Of a stretch of 32,000 nt of DNA, positions 8,289-16,469 are shown one piece after another. The stretch lies in NCBI RefSeq assembly GCF_008629685.1, contig NZ_VWSF01000029.1:26687-58686 (forward strand), read 5' to 3'. The notes below the pieces were generated by a model that saw only the letters and a program-made list of their open reading frames with translations, made no database searches and was not told where the DNA came from. The DNA comes from Adhaeribacter rhizoryzae (GTDB lineage Bacteria > Bacteroidota > Bacteroidia > Cytophagales > Hymenobacteraceae). The stretch's first letter is position 1. Each line of letters opens with the position of its first letter. The position numbers and the translations under genes are program-made.

Positions 8289-9105
8289 GATCAGGAATTT
8301 TATAAATAAGCAGGCGTACCTCGTCGGGGCCAGGTTCTGCAATGGCAAAGGCAAAGCCGCGGGCTGTTAGCTCTTGTAATAAATATTGGGGTATCCGACA
8401 ATGGTAAACAAACAAGGCCTGCTCCGGAGTAAGTTTGAATAGCGCCTCCAAAATATTCATCATGGGCTGCGGCATTTCCAAATTTCTAACGTCTATTTCT
8501 ATCAGGCTGTGTTGGTATTGTTGCTGCAGTCTTTCGAAAGAATTTAAAAAATCTGGCCCTGATATAGCATTATTTTCGGGTTTATCGGTTCGATAGAAAT
8601 AAGTATGTACTAAGTTTTCCTCGGTCTGGTCAGTATAATGCGTAAAACCTTTTTTTCGGAGTACTGCATACAACGGAACGGGTTCAAACGTATTAATAAT
8701 TAACATGCTTTGATTTTTGGAGAGTTTTTCGGCGGCAGTAATTATTTCTTTAAACGGGTCCTGGCCGGCTTGTAAGGTTTCGCGCACATCTAAAGTAATG
8801 CCAAGCGGCGGGAAAGCGGGCTGAGAAGAAGGGGCCGAAATCTTGGTCCCTTCTCCTACCCTATCAGAAACAAACCCTAAACTTTTTAATTTATCAAAAA
8901 ACACCTCCACTTTTGTGCCACCAATGCGGGCCGCATCCGCTATTGTTACCCGCGAAGCCAGCACTTTACGCAATATTGGATTTCGCAACTTTTCGAAATG
9001 CTTGTTAATAGAAGCAATAACTTCAATTGCTGCTGGATTCGCCCGTATAATGGTAGAAATGCGGGTATTGGCACTAATTTTAAGGAATTGTGTTTGCGTG
9101 CTCAT
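8269..9105 (-). CDS. DUF1858 domain plus two DUF2249 domains
   Basis: The N-terminal ~75 aa (ANTRISTIIRANPAAIEVI...ILRKVLASRVTIADAARIGG) resemble the DUF1858/ScdA-N-like hairpin. Two later segments, LDVRETLQAGQDPFKEI...LIINTFEPVPLYAVLRKKGF and IDVRNLEMPQPMMNILEAL...FVYHCRIPQYLLQEL, are DUF2249-like. Confidence 0.75.
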   Translation of the reverse strand: MSTQTQFLKISANTRISTIIRANPAAIEVIASINKHFEKLRNPILRKVLASRVTIADAARIGGTKVEVFFDKLKSLGFVSDRVGEGTKISAPSSQPAFPPLGITLDVRETLQAGQDPFKEIITAAEKLSKNQSMLIINTFEPVPLYAVLRKKGFTHYTDQTEENLVHTYFYRTDKPENNAISGPDFLNSFERLQQQYQHSLIEIDVRNLEMPQPMMNILEALFKLTPEQALFVYHCRIPQYLLQELTARGFAFAIAEPGPDEVRLLIYKIPDHELHNC

Positions 9106-9123
9106 CTGTCAGCGTAAATTAGT

Positions 9124-9627
9124 TTACATTTCAACCGGTTGAGAAAGCCAAAATGCAGGCTCAAAATCATCGGTTGGCTCAACGGCATATTTATCCATTT
9201 CTAAACCAATCAATATTAATTGACCGGGCGTAGCAACTTGCTCCAGGTACGGGAAAAATATCCGCTCTTCGAAGCGTACGTGCTCTTTTACTAAAATTTG
9301 CAAGGTATTCAGCACGTAATCAATATTCTCCCGATAACAGGAAAGGTAATTTACGACACTGCGGATGAGGTCGTGGTCTTGTTGTACCCGAAACCGCATG
9401 GGGTCCGCTTCGGATAAAACCTGCACCACAATTTTCTCTTCTTTTTCCAGGTGGTTTTCTAAATGATTATCCCAGAAGTAGCGGATATAATCTTGAATAA
9501 TATGGCTATCTACTTTGCGAGCCAATCCTTGTTTTATTTTCCAGGCGAAAAGCAGTTCAAAATGGTGCTCCCGTGATAGGCCTACCAGTTCCGGATGTCT
9601 TTTCAGGGGTTGTACTATCGTTTCCAT
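9124..9627 (-). CDS. Hemerythrin-like (HHE cation-binding) domain protein
   Basis: Spaced His/Glu motifs: LSREHHFELLF, HLEKEEKIV, and a C-terminal EHVRFEERIFFPYLE. Size is 167 aa. Confidence 0.75.
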   Translation of the reverse strand: METIVQPLKRHPELVGLSREHHFELLFAWKIKQGLARKVDSHIIQDYIRYFWDNHLENHLEKEEKIVVQVLSEADPMRFRVQQDHDLIRSVVNYLSCYRENIDYVLNTLQILVKEHVRFEERIFFPYLEQVATPGQLILIGLEMDKYAVEPTDDFEPAFWLSQPVEM

Positions 9628-9682
9628 AATTTATTTAAATTTAATTGCCAGAAAAAGAGAGAAAATATTAATCGTTTATCAG

Positions 9683-10633
9683 TCAGGAAAGTACTTTTTG
9701 CTCTAACGCAATGGCTTTCGGAAACAGAATATTATTTTCAAGGTGTATGTGCTGGTGCAGGTCGCTCTCAAATTCCTGCAGTTTGGCAAAAGCCAGGCGG
9801 TAAGTAGTGCAACCATCTACCGGTACGGTATAGTTATCACTTAATTCCCGGATAGCTTCCAGAGAATTGCCGGCCGCTTCGTGTTCCATCTCCATCATGT
9901 TAATCGGATTTTGGATGCTGCCAAAGCCGGGAGTTACTACAGAAACGCCAGCTTTATCTGCTTCATTTAACCGACGGATATACGGGAATAATACCCGCTC
10001 TTCTTTGGGCATGTGGGCGTTTAACTCGGCTGCTATGGCCGTAAAGTGTTGGGCAATGGCTATTAATTCCGGATGTTTTTCGCCGTGTACCCGGGCAATT
10101 TTGGTAGTGTATTCGGTTAAAGCCGGCAATGATTCGCGCACGTAAGTATGGTGGGTATTTTCAATATAATCGGCCAGGAAGCTTAAATCCCAAGCCCCAA
10201 AATTCTGGGAGCGGGCTACTGGCGTTTCGGTTAGGGCATTCAGTTCCTGTTCTACCTGGGCTAGGCTAATGCCTTTTTCCTGGCAGGCACGCGCTACCGA
10301 TTTTTTGCCGCCACAGCAGAAATCAAGGCCGTATTTCTTAAATATTTCAGCTTTGCGGTAATCTTTGGCAACTAACTCCCCAATAGTTTCACCTTCCTTG
10401 GGATTAAGTTTGGTTATGCGTACTTCCCAAATTTCCGGCCCCTGCGACAAATATTCCCATTTAAAAATATTACCACGCTCACCTAAAAGTTGGTAATAAA
10501 GAGGTTTGGGGTCGTGGTCGTTGTGAATTACAAAATATTCGCCGCCAGCTAAAGCATCAAACCGGTTAAAAATGGTAGGGTGTTTTAAACGCGGTTCTAT
10601 TACGGTTACATCTAAAAAATCGAGGGTTTCCAT
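9683..10633 (-). CDS. ric: Repair-of-iron-centres di-iron protein (RIC/ScdA/YtfE family) with an N-terminal DUF2249 fusion
   Basis: aa 1-75 are DUF2249-like (LDVTVIEPRLKHPTIFNRFDAL..GEYFVIHNDHDPKPLYYQL). A ScdA_N motif follows (KYGLDFCCGGKKSVARAC). Next come hemerythrin-type repeats (HHTYVRE, MPKEERVLFPY, EHEAAG, HIHLENNILFP). Confidence 0.85.
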   Translation of the reverse strand: METLDFLDVTVIEPRLKHPTIFNRFDALAGGEYFVIHNDHDPKPLYYQLLGERGNIFKWEYLSQGPEIWEVRITKLNPKEGETIGELVAKDYRKAEIFKKYGLDFCCGGKKSVARACQEKGISLAQVEQELNALTETPVARSQNFGAWDLSFLADYIENTHHTYVRESLPALTEYTTKIARVHGEKHPELIAIAQHFTAIAAELNAHMPKEERVLFPYIRRLNEADKAGVSVVTPGFGSIQNPINMMEMEHEAAGNSLEAIRELSDNYTVPVDGCTTYRLAFAKLQEFESDLHQHIHLENNILFPKAIALEQKVLS

Positions 10634-10756
10634 GCGGATTTTGTTTATGAAATTATTTTTTTTATTAAGTTATTTAAAGATAAAAAGTAATAATCAAAAA
10701 TAAAATATATTTTACTCTTTTTTTCTTTATTTACAGCTTAAGCTAATTTATAGAAG

Positions 10757-10788
10757 TAAAAAGGCCCGCTTTATCTGCCAGGCCTTTC
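10757..10788 (-). terminator. Rho-independent terminator downstream of norB
   Basis: On the minus strand: aaaggcc tggcagataaagcg ggccttttt. A 7-bp GC-rich stem is followed by a T-run, starting 7 nt after the norB stop. Confidence 0.6.
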
Positions 10789-10794
10789 GTCTAA

Positions 10795-13131
10795 TTAGCT
10801 GTTTACTTCTTCTGTTATTTCTCTGGAAGTAGGAACAGGTTCGCCAACAGGTTCAATAGTTGGGTAATCATCCGGCGAAATATCGGTGTGGGGTTGTAAT
10901 GACCAACCGGTCTTCAAGCCAATTACAAACCAGGCCAGGGCTACCACTCCTAAGGCAAAAATGGTATCTCCTATTACCCGCAGCCAGCGCAAAATTTCCA
11001 TGGTATCGGTTTGCATAAATTCCATGGAGCGGGCATACCATAAACCATGTTCTACACTGGCCCAGGTTTGCAGCAAACCCACTGGTAACACACTTATTAG
11101 TACCATCAGGCCCAGCCCAATATTTATACTCCAGAAAGCAAAACTAATAACACTGTCTTTCCAAACGTTGCGGGCAGCCATACCTTTGAGCGCGAACAGC
11201 ATTAAACCAATTCCCAAAACTCCGTATACCCCGAATAAAGCGGTGTGACCGTGTACCGGCGTGGTATTTAAGCCTTGCATATAGTAGAGTGCAATAGGCG
11301 GATTGATAACGAAACCAAAAATACCAGCTCCTACCAAATTCCAGAAAGCCACCGCAATAAAGCAGTAAATAGGCCACTTGTAAGCTTTAATCCAGGTGGT
11401 AGAGCGGCTTAGTTCCAGGTTATGGTAAGCTTCAAAACCGATTAATACCAGAGGCACTACTTCTAGAGCGCTAAAAGTGGCGCCCAAAGCCAGCACCGAA
11501 GTAGGCGTACCACTGAAATACAGGTGGTGAAACGTGCCAATAATACCGCCAAACAAGAAAATAATGGTGGAAAATAATACTGTTGGCGTGGCAATTTTGG
11601 TACGCAGTAAACCCATCCGCACGAACAAAAAGGCAATTACCACAGTAGCAAAAACTTCAAAGAAACCTTCTACCCACAGGTGCACCACCCACCAGCGCCA
11701 GTACTCGGCAATGGCCAGGTTAGTTTGGCGGCCCCACATCAGGCCAGCGCCGTAGAATACCGCAATGGCTACCGATGAAATCAGGAACATACCCAACAAA
11801 TGGCGGCCTTCAGCATCTTTTTTAAATGCTGGCCAGATGGCGCGGGTCATTAAAAACAACCACAAAAACAAACCTACCAGCAGGAATATTTGCCAGAAAC
11901 GGCCTAAATCTACGTATTCATACCCTTGGTGCCCAAACCAGAAATTTTCTACCAGACCTAGTTTCTGCATTACACCAAACCACTGCCCGGCCAAAGAACC
12001 TACTACTATGATTAGTAAGGCAATAAAAAGCAAGTTTACGCCGGCCCGCTGGAATTTAGGTTCGTGGCCTGATACCGCCGGGGCAATAAATAAGCCGGTC
12101 GCCAACCAGGAAGTCGCAATCCAGAAAATAGCCAGTTGCACGTGCCAGGTGCGGGAGATAGAGTAAGGTAAAATATCGGCCAGTGGCAAACCGTAGAGTG
12201 CCTGCCCTTCTACGCCGTAGTGCGCCGTAACCACACCCATAATTACTTGTACCAATATTAAGGACGTTACAGTCCAGAAATATTTAAGCGTAGCACGCAT
12301 AGAGGGCGTTGGCTCCAAGCCCAGCAGCGGGTCTTTCTGTGGCAGTTTGCTTACATCTAGCTCTTCTTCTTTATTTGAAGCATAATAATAGGCTAATAAC
12401 CCAATGCCCGCAATCAGTACAATTACGCTAAAGCCTGTCCAGATAATCAGGTCGCTGCTGGGTTTATTGCCGACTAACTTTTCGTGGGGCCAGTTATTGG
12501 TGTAAGATATATTTTGGCCAGGGCGTTCGGTCACGCAGGCCCAGGAAGCCCAGAAGAAAAAGGCATTCATCTGGCGCATCCGTTCCGGGTCTTTAATGCT
12601 GTTATCCGGAATGGCGTAAGCTTCGCGGTATTTGGCCATGTCGGCATCATTCATAAATAAACCGGTATAGTAGCGGCTTACATCGGCAATGGCGGCGGCC
12701 CGCACATCCAAAATAGTTATGGTGTTGGCCTGATTATTATAAGTATTTTGCCGGATTTGTGTTTGCAACCGAGCTTCTAAACCGGCCTTGCTTTCGTTAT
12801 CTAAATCAGAAAACTTTTCACCTTTCTCCGCGGTGGCCCAAATATCCAGCATATACATGGCTTCTTTGTGCAGCCACTCAGCCGTCCAGTCGGGTGCCTG
12901 GTAAGCGCCATGGCCCCAGATGGAACCTACTTCCTGCCCGCCCATCGATTGCCAAACATTTTGTCCGTTTTTAATGTCCTGGGCTGTAAATAAAACCTGG
13001 CCTGAAGCCGAAACTACTTTATCCGGAATGGGGGGTGCTTGCCGGTAAATCTCCGAACCATAATACCCTAAAACGGCAAAAGACCCGACTATTACGGCTA
13101 TAAATCCGAGCCATAATTTGGTGTATTTCAT
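10795..13131 (-). CDS. norB: Quinol-dependent nitric oxide reductase (qNOR, single-subunit NorB/NorZ type)
   Basis: 778 aa. An N-terminal TM helix and a ~200-aa periplasmic extension (GQNVWQSMGGQEVGSIWGHGAY) precede a heme-copper core carrying WWVVHLWVEGFFEVF, FHHLYFSG and VHGHTALFGVYG. Confidence 0.95.
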   Translation of the reverse strand: MKYTKLWLGFIAVIVGSFAVLGYYGSEIYRQAPPIPDKVVSASGQVLFTAQDIKNGQNVWQSMGGQEVGSIWGHGAYQAPDWTAEWLHKEAMYMLDIWATAEKGEKFSDLDNESKAGLEARLQTQIRQNTYNNQANTITILDVRAAAIADVSRYYTGLFMNDADMAKYREAYAIPDNSIKDPERMRQMNAFFFWASWACVTERPGQNISYTNNWPHEKLVGNKPSSDLIIWTGFSVIVLIAGIGLLAYYYASNKEEELDVSKLPQKDPLLGLEPTPSMRATLKYFWTVTSLILVQVIMGVVTAHYGVEGQALYGLPLADILPYSISRTWHVQLAIFWIATSWLATGLFIAPAVSGHEPKFQRAGVNLLFIALLIIVVGSLAGQWFGVMQKLGLVENFWFGHQGYEYVDLGRFWQIFLLVGLFLWLFLMTRAIWPAFKKDAEGRHLLGMFLISSVAIAVFYGAGLMWGRQTNLAIAEYWRWWVVHLWVEGFFEVFATVVIAFLFVRMGLLRTKIATPTVLFSTIIFLFGGIIGTFHHLYFSGTPTSVLALGATFSALEVVPLVLIGFEAYHNLELSRSTTWIKAYKWPIYCFIAVAFWNLVGAGIFGFVINPPIALYYMQGLNTTPVHGHTALFGVYGVLGIGLMLFALKGMAARNVWKDSVISFAFWSINIGLGLMVLISVLPVGLLQTWASVEHGLWYARSMEFMQTDTMEILRWLRVIGDTIFALGVVALAWFVIGLKTGWSLQPHTDISPDDYPTIEPVGEPVPTSREITEEVNS

Positions 13132-13324
13132 AACAATTGTAATTAATGATGAACAAGAAATTTTAAAATTGACATGCTGATTTATGTTCCTTTATTTAGC
13201 TGTAAAAGCGATTACATGGACAAAAACAACAAATAATCCAATTATTAACCTGTAGCGATAATCATTCTGAATGCTATTGGTGCTTTTTCAAGAGATAAAA
13301 GTATATTTATCTTAAATGCTGGCT

Positions 13325-13340
13325 AATGATGAAAATCACT
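13325..13340. promoter_or_regulatory. FNR/CRP-like box AATGAT-GAAA-ATCACT upstream of norB
   Basis: A TGAT-N4-ATCA core about 200 bp upstream of the norB ATG. It matches the palindrome upstream of the nos operon at 13 of 16 positions. The 10-mer TAATGATGAA also recurs at 13144-13153. Confidence 0.35.
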
Positions 13341-13659
13341 TAGTATTGTGATACTCCTCAGATATAAAGAAAATAATACGCGTATAGAAGACAAAAATGT
13401 CTTTTACTATTTTAATTTAGTATTTACTTTACTACCTAAAATCAATAATATTTTCTTTAAAGTTGAAGGCCTGATCTGGCAAATAGTTTTGGTAGGAAAT
13501 TTAGCTATTGCTTTCTCTGCCTGAAGTATTAGTAAATAATTTGCTGATTCTTATCTCTAATCAATCAAATCCTAAAAAATAACAAGTAAAATATAAGTAA
13601 ACGCCCTTTAAAACCGTAGGTAAGTGATAGTGCTAAAGTTTACCGCAATGTAATATTCT

Positions 13660-14137
13660 ATGGAAAAAAACTTAAAACGTAGTATACACATTGAAATCCT
13701 AACCAACGAACATCATACAGGCCTATTATTCTGCTGGAGAATACGTCAGGGGCTAAAAAAAGGAATTAATACAAACCGGATTCAGGCGTATGTTCCGTAT
13801 TTGGGAAATTCATTTGCAGCCCCATATTCAGAAAGAGGAAGAACAAATGGTCTATAAAATTAAATCTTGAATTATGCCAGAAAGCCTTACTCCAACACCA
13901 GGAAATTAAAAGCCTGGTTGCCTAGGTAACCGTTAGTACACCGGCACCATCACCCGATTTACTAAACCAGTTGACTGATTACGTAGATGCCCACATCCGT
14001 TTTGAATAAAGAGAATTATTTCAGCACTTGGAAAAAGTTTAAGCCAAAAAGAGTTGGAAAGCATTGGCGCCGCATTAGAAAAATCGCACACCACCCCAAT
14101 ACCCGACAACTATGCAGATGCGTTTTGGTCAAAATGA
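13660..14137 (+). pseudogene. Hemerythrin-domain protein pseudogene (paralog of 9124..9627)
   Basis: Stitching three frames gives MEKNLKRSIHIEILTNEHHTGLLFCWRIRQGLKKGINTNRIQAYV / RIWEIHLQPHIQKEEEQMVYKI / LCQKALLQHQEIKSLVA*VT...LLNQLTDYVDAHIRFE*RELFQHLEK / LSQKELESIGAALEKSHTTPIPDNYADAFWSK*. This needs at least 3 frameshifts and crosses 2 in-frame stops. It runs collinear with the intact hemerythrin protein (LSREHHFELLFAWKIKQGL..., HVRFEERIFFPYLE). Confidence 0.8.
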
Positions 14138-14516
14138 ATAAGGCAAAAGGAAGAATTTATTTGGGTTAATAATCAATATTCCGAATTTCCGGCAGGCACT
14201 ACCACCGCCATTGTACCATTAAACACGGAGATTATACTGCCCTATACTCCACAAAGTAGCCGGTATAAGGAACTGCATTCTTTTATCTAATTAGAAAAAA
14301 ACTGATATTATAGCATTGGAGTGTTTATAAAGACTATATTGCAAATTATTCGGAATAACACAATTTGGCTAAAGGCCGTAATATCACAAAGCTTTTACGT
14401 TTCATAATTATTACATCTAATATTCAGCGAAACGAACGTAAGCAATTATTTTTATCTGATATAACTCTAAGGAGAATGCTAATGCCTTAAGTTACCTAAC
14501 CCCAAAAGATAAAATT

Positions 14517-16016
14517 ATGCCCGATGAAAGTCTTGTAAGTTTTACGTCGCATAAAATATTATTTCTGAATACCCTGGCTTTTACGGTTTGTTTTGCCGCC
14601 TGGATGCTGAACGGGGTATTGGTAACATACTTAACGGATAACGGGATTTTTGAATGGAGCATGGTACAAATTGGCTGGCTCCTGGGTGTACCAGTCCTAA
14701 CTGGGTCTTTATTCAGGTTGCCCATTGGGATTTTAACCGACCGGATAGGCGGTAAATGGGTTTTTGGTATTTTGCTATTGTTTTGTTCCGTTCCCATGTT
14801 CCTGCTTTCCCAGGCCAATAGCTATTCTACCTTTTTACTTTTGAGCTTTTTGTTTGGCATGGCCGGTACCAGTTTTGCGGTTGGGGTGGGCTATACATCC
14901 GTTTGGTATCCCAAAAGCTGGCAAGGACGAGCTATTGGTATATTTGGTATGGGTAGCGCCGGTGCTTCGCTTACCACTTTAATCGGACCTTCCTTATTAA
15001 ATAACCTAACGGCTGGTGGTGCCAATCCGGAAGGTTGGCGACAATTACCGGTTATTTATGCGGGGGCCTTGCTGGCAATGGCTATCTTGTTTTTGATTTT
15101 TGCCCAAAATAAAAAACCTGTTGCGGCCGGTAAGTCTCTGCAGGCTATTGTTATGCCCCTAACACAAATTAGGGTGTGGCGTTTTGGCTTGTATTATTTT
15201 CTGCTCTTCGGCTGTTTTGTAACTTTCTCGCAGTGGCTGGTTCCATATTTTGTGAATGTTTATCAGACAGACCTTATTCTGGCGGGTTTACTTGCCTCCA
15301 CTTTTAGTTTGCCCGCCGGATTGTTCCGGGCGGTAGGCGGCTTTCTTTCGGATAAATACGGTGCCCGAAAAGTAATGTATGGGGTCTTGGGCTGTTCAGT
15401 AATACTCAGTTTCTTTTTAATTATTCCCCGCATGGAAATTTCTTCACCCGGCTCGGGGGTAATGGCTACCAGCGCTGGTACTGTAACATCGGTATCAGAC
15501 ACAGCTATTACGGTAAATAATAAAACATATCCGGTTACGGCCAAAAGTAATATGTTTGAACATGTTAACAGAAAGGCATTGGTTTTTCCGGCTAAAGAAA
15601 GCTGGCACGAGGTTTTGGTAAAGCCCGGCGATAAAGTAACTAAAAAACAATTACTGGCACAGGGCACTACCCGTATTTACTTCAAGGCCAATATGTGGGT
15701 ATTTATTGGATTGGTGATGTTTATTGGCATGGCGTGGGGCATTGGTACAGCTGCGGTGTTTAAACATATTCCGGAATATTTTCCTACTCAAATTGGCTTG
15801 GTTGGCGGTATGGTAGGCTTAATTGGTGGGCTTGGCGGCTTTGTCGGGCCAATTTTGTTTGGCTATTTACTTAGTACTACTGGCCTCTGGACCAGTTCCT
15901 GGATGTTTGTCCTGCTACTTTCCATTATTTGCCTCGTTTGGATGCACCTGATTATTACCCGGATGATGAACCGGAGTGCTCCCGATTTGGCTGATAAATT
16001 TGAACATCCGCACTAA
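14517..16016 (+). CDS. narK: MFS nitrate/nitrite transporter (NarK/NasA family) with an inserted ~88-aa loop domain
   Basis: A 12-TM MFS layout. Nitrate/nitrite-porter-like Gly-rich motifs are present (FGMAGTSFAVGVGYTS, GGLGGFVGPILFG), as are conserved Arg-containing helices (SLFRLPIGILTDRIGGK, GLFRAVGGFLSDKYG). An extra soluble segment covers aa 305-392. Confidence 0.85.
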   Translation: MPDESLVSFTSHKILFLNTLAFTVCFAAWMLNGVLVTYLTDNGIFEWSMVQIGWLLGVPVLTGSLFRLPIGILTDRIGGKWVFGILLLFCSVPMFLLSQANSYSTFLLLSFLFGMAGTSFAVGVGYTSVWYPKSWQGRAIGIFGMGSAGASLTTLIGPSLLNNLTAGGANPEGWRQLPVIYAGALLAMAILFLIFAQNKKPVAAGKSLQAIVMPLTQIRVWRFGLYYFLLFGCFVTFSQWLVPYFVNVYQTDLILAGLLASTFSLPAGLFRAVGGFLSDKYGARKVMYGVLGCSVILSFFLIIPRMEISSPGSGVMATSAGTVTSVSDTAITVNNKTYPVTAKSNMFEHVNRKALVFPAKESWHEVLVKPGDKVTKKQLLAQGTTRIYFKANMWVFIGLVMFIGMAWGIGTAAVFKHIPEYFPTQIGLVGGMVGLIGGLGGFVGPILFGYLLSTTGLWTSSWMFVLLLSIICLVWMHLIITRMMNRSAPDLADKFEHPH

Positions 16017-16198
16017 AAGAAAATCTAAGTGGCAGGTGGTATTATTTAATTATTGTTCGCTGAATCATTTAAATTAAAGCAGATGCTTGAACCAAGATAA
16101 CCTTGGAATAACCTTTAATGCAATCTCGATAATTTAAAGAAGCGAATTAGGCATTTGCGATGATGTTTCTTATAAAAATTTACTTTTTATTTGGAAAA

Positions 16199-16456
16199 CT
16201 AAAAGTTGATATTTTTTCTTCTTACCTGGTTGGGCAAGAAATAAAGCCAGCCGGCGCCAATTAAAAACAAGACAAATGAGGCAATAAAGGCTGGAAATGC
16301 AATATCAGTATTTTCGGCCAGTGCATTGTTCAATGCTGTATATAGCAGCCAAATCTGGAGGCTTACATTCATTATCAGAATAACAATTAAAGCCAGCATC
16401 AGGGTGCTGGTTTTGTTCGGGTGTGCCTGGTTCTGGGCTTCGCGGAAGTTACTCAT
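16199..16456 (-). CDS. Small 2-TM membrane protein, last gene of the molybdoenzyme operon
   Basis: 85 aa with two hydrophobic helices (LMLALIVILIMNVSLQIWLLY, AFIASFVLFLIGAGWLYF). It starts 13 nt after the Rieske gene stop, on the same strand. Confidence 0.6.
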   Translation of the reverse strand: MSNFREAQNQAHPNKTSTLMLALIVILIMNVSLQIWLLYTALNNALAENTDIAFPAFIASFVLFLIGAGWLYFLPNQVRRKNINF

Positions 16457-16469
16457 ACCTGATATTCAA

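Noticed and set aside
8289-8354. Upstream extension of the 12-TM protein ORF to the ATG at 8354
   Set aside because: It would overlap the preceding gene by 86 nt and add a non-signal-like leader (MPLPLQNLAPTRYACLFIKFLI). The ATG at 8288 is preferred, though the longer form cannot be excluded.
10886-12974. Plus-strand ORFs 10886..11248, 11534..11755, 11765..12166, 11826..12011 and 12759..12974, and minus-strand ORF 11144..11377, inside norB
   Set aside because: They lie entirely within the well-supported qNOR gene, either antisense or in alternate frames. The translated sequences are low-complexity, Arg/Pro/Thr-rich shadow-ORF products with no motifs.
13987-14169. 60-aa ORF (MPTSVLNKENYFSTWKKFKPKRVGKHWRR...)
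   Set aside because: It is an out-of-frame reading of the 3' part of the hemerythrin pseudogene. A different frame of the same DNA gives the conserved HIRFE.RELFQHLE and LSQKELESIGAALEK segments.
16063-16115. Short hairpin CCAAG-ataac-CTTGG after narK as a possible terminator
   Set aside because: It has only a 5-bp stem and no following T-tract, which is not enough to call a terminator for either convergent gene.
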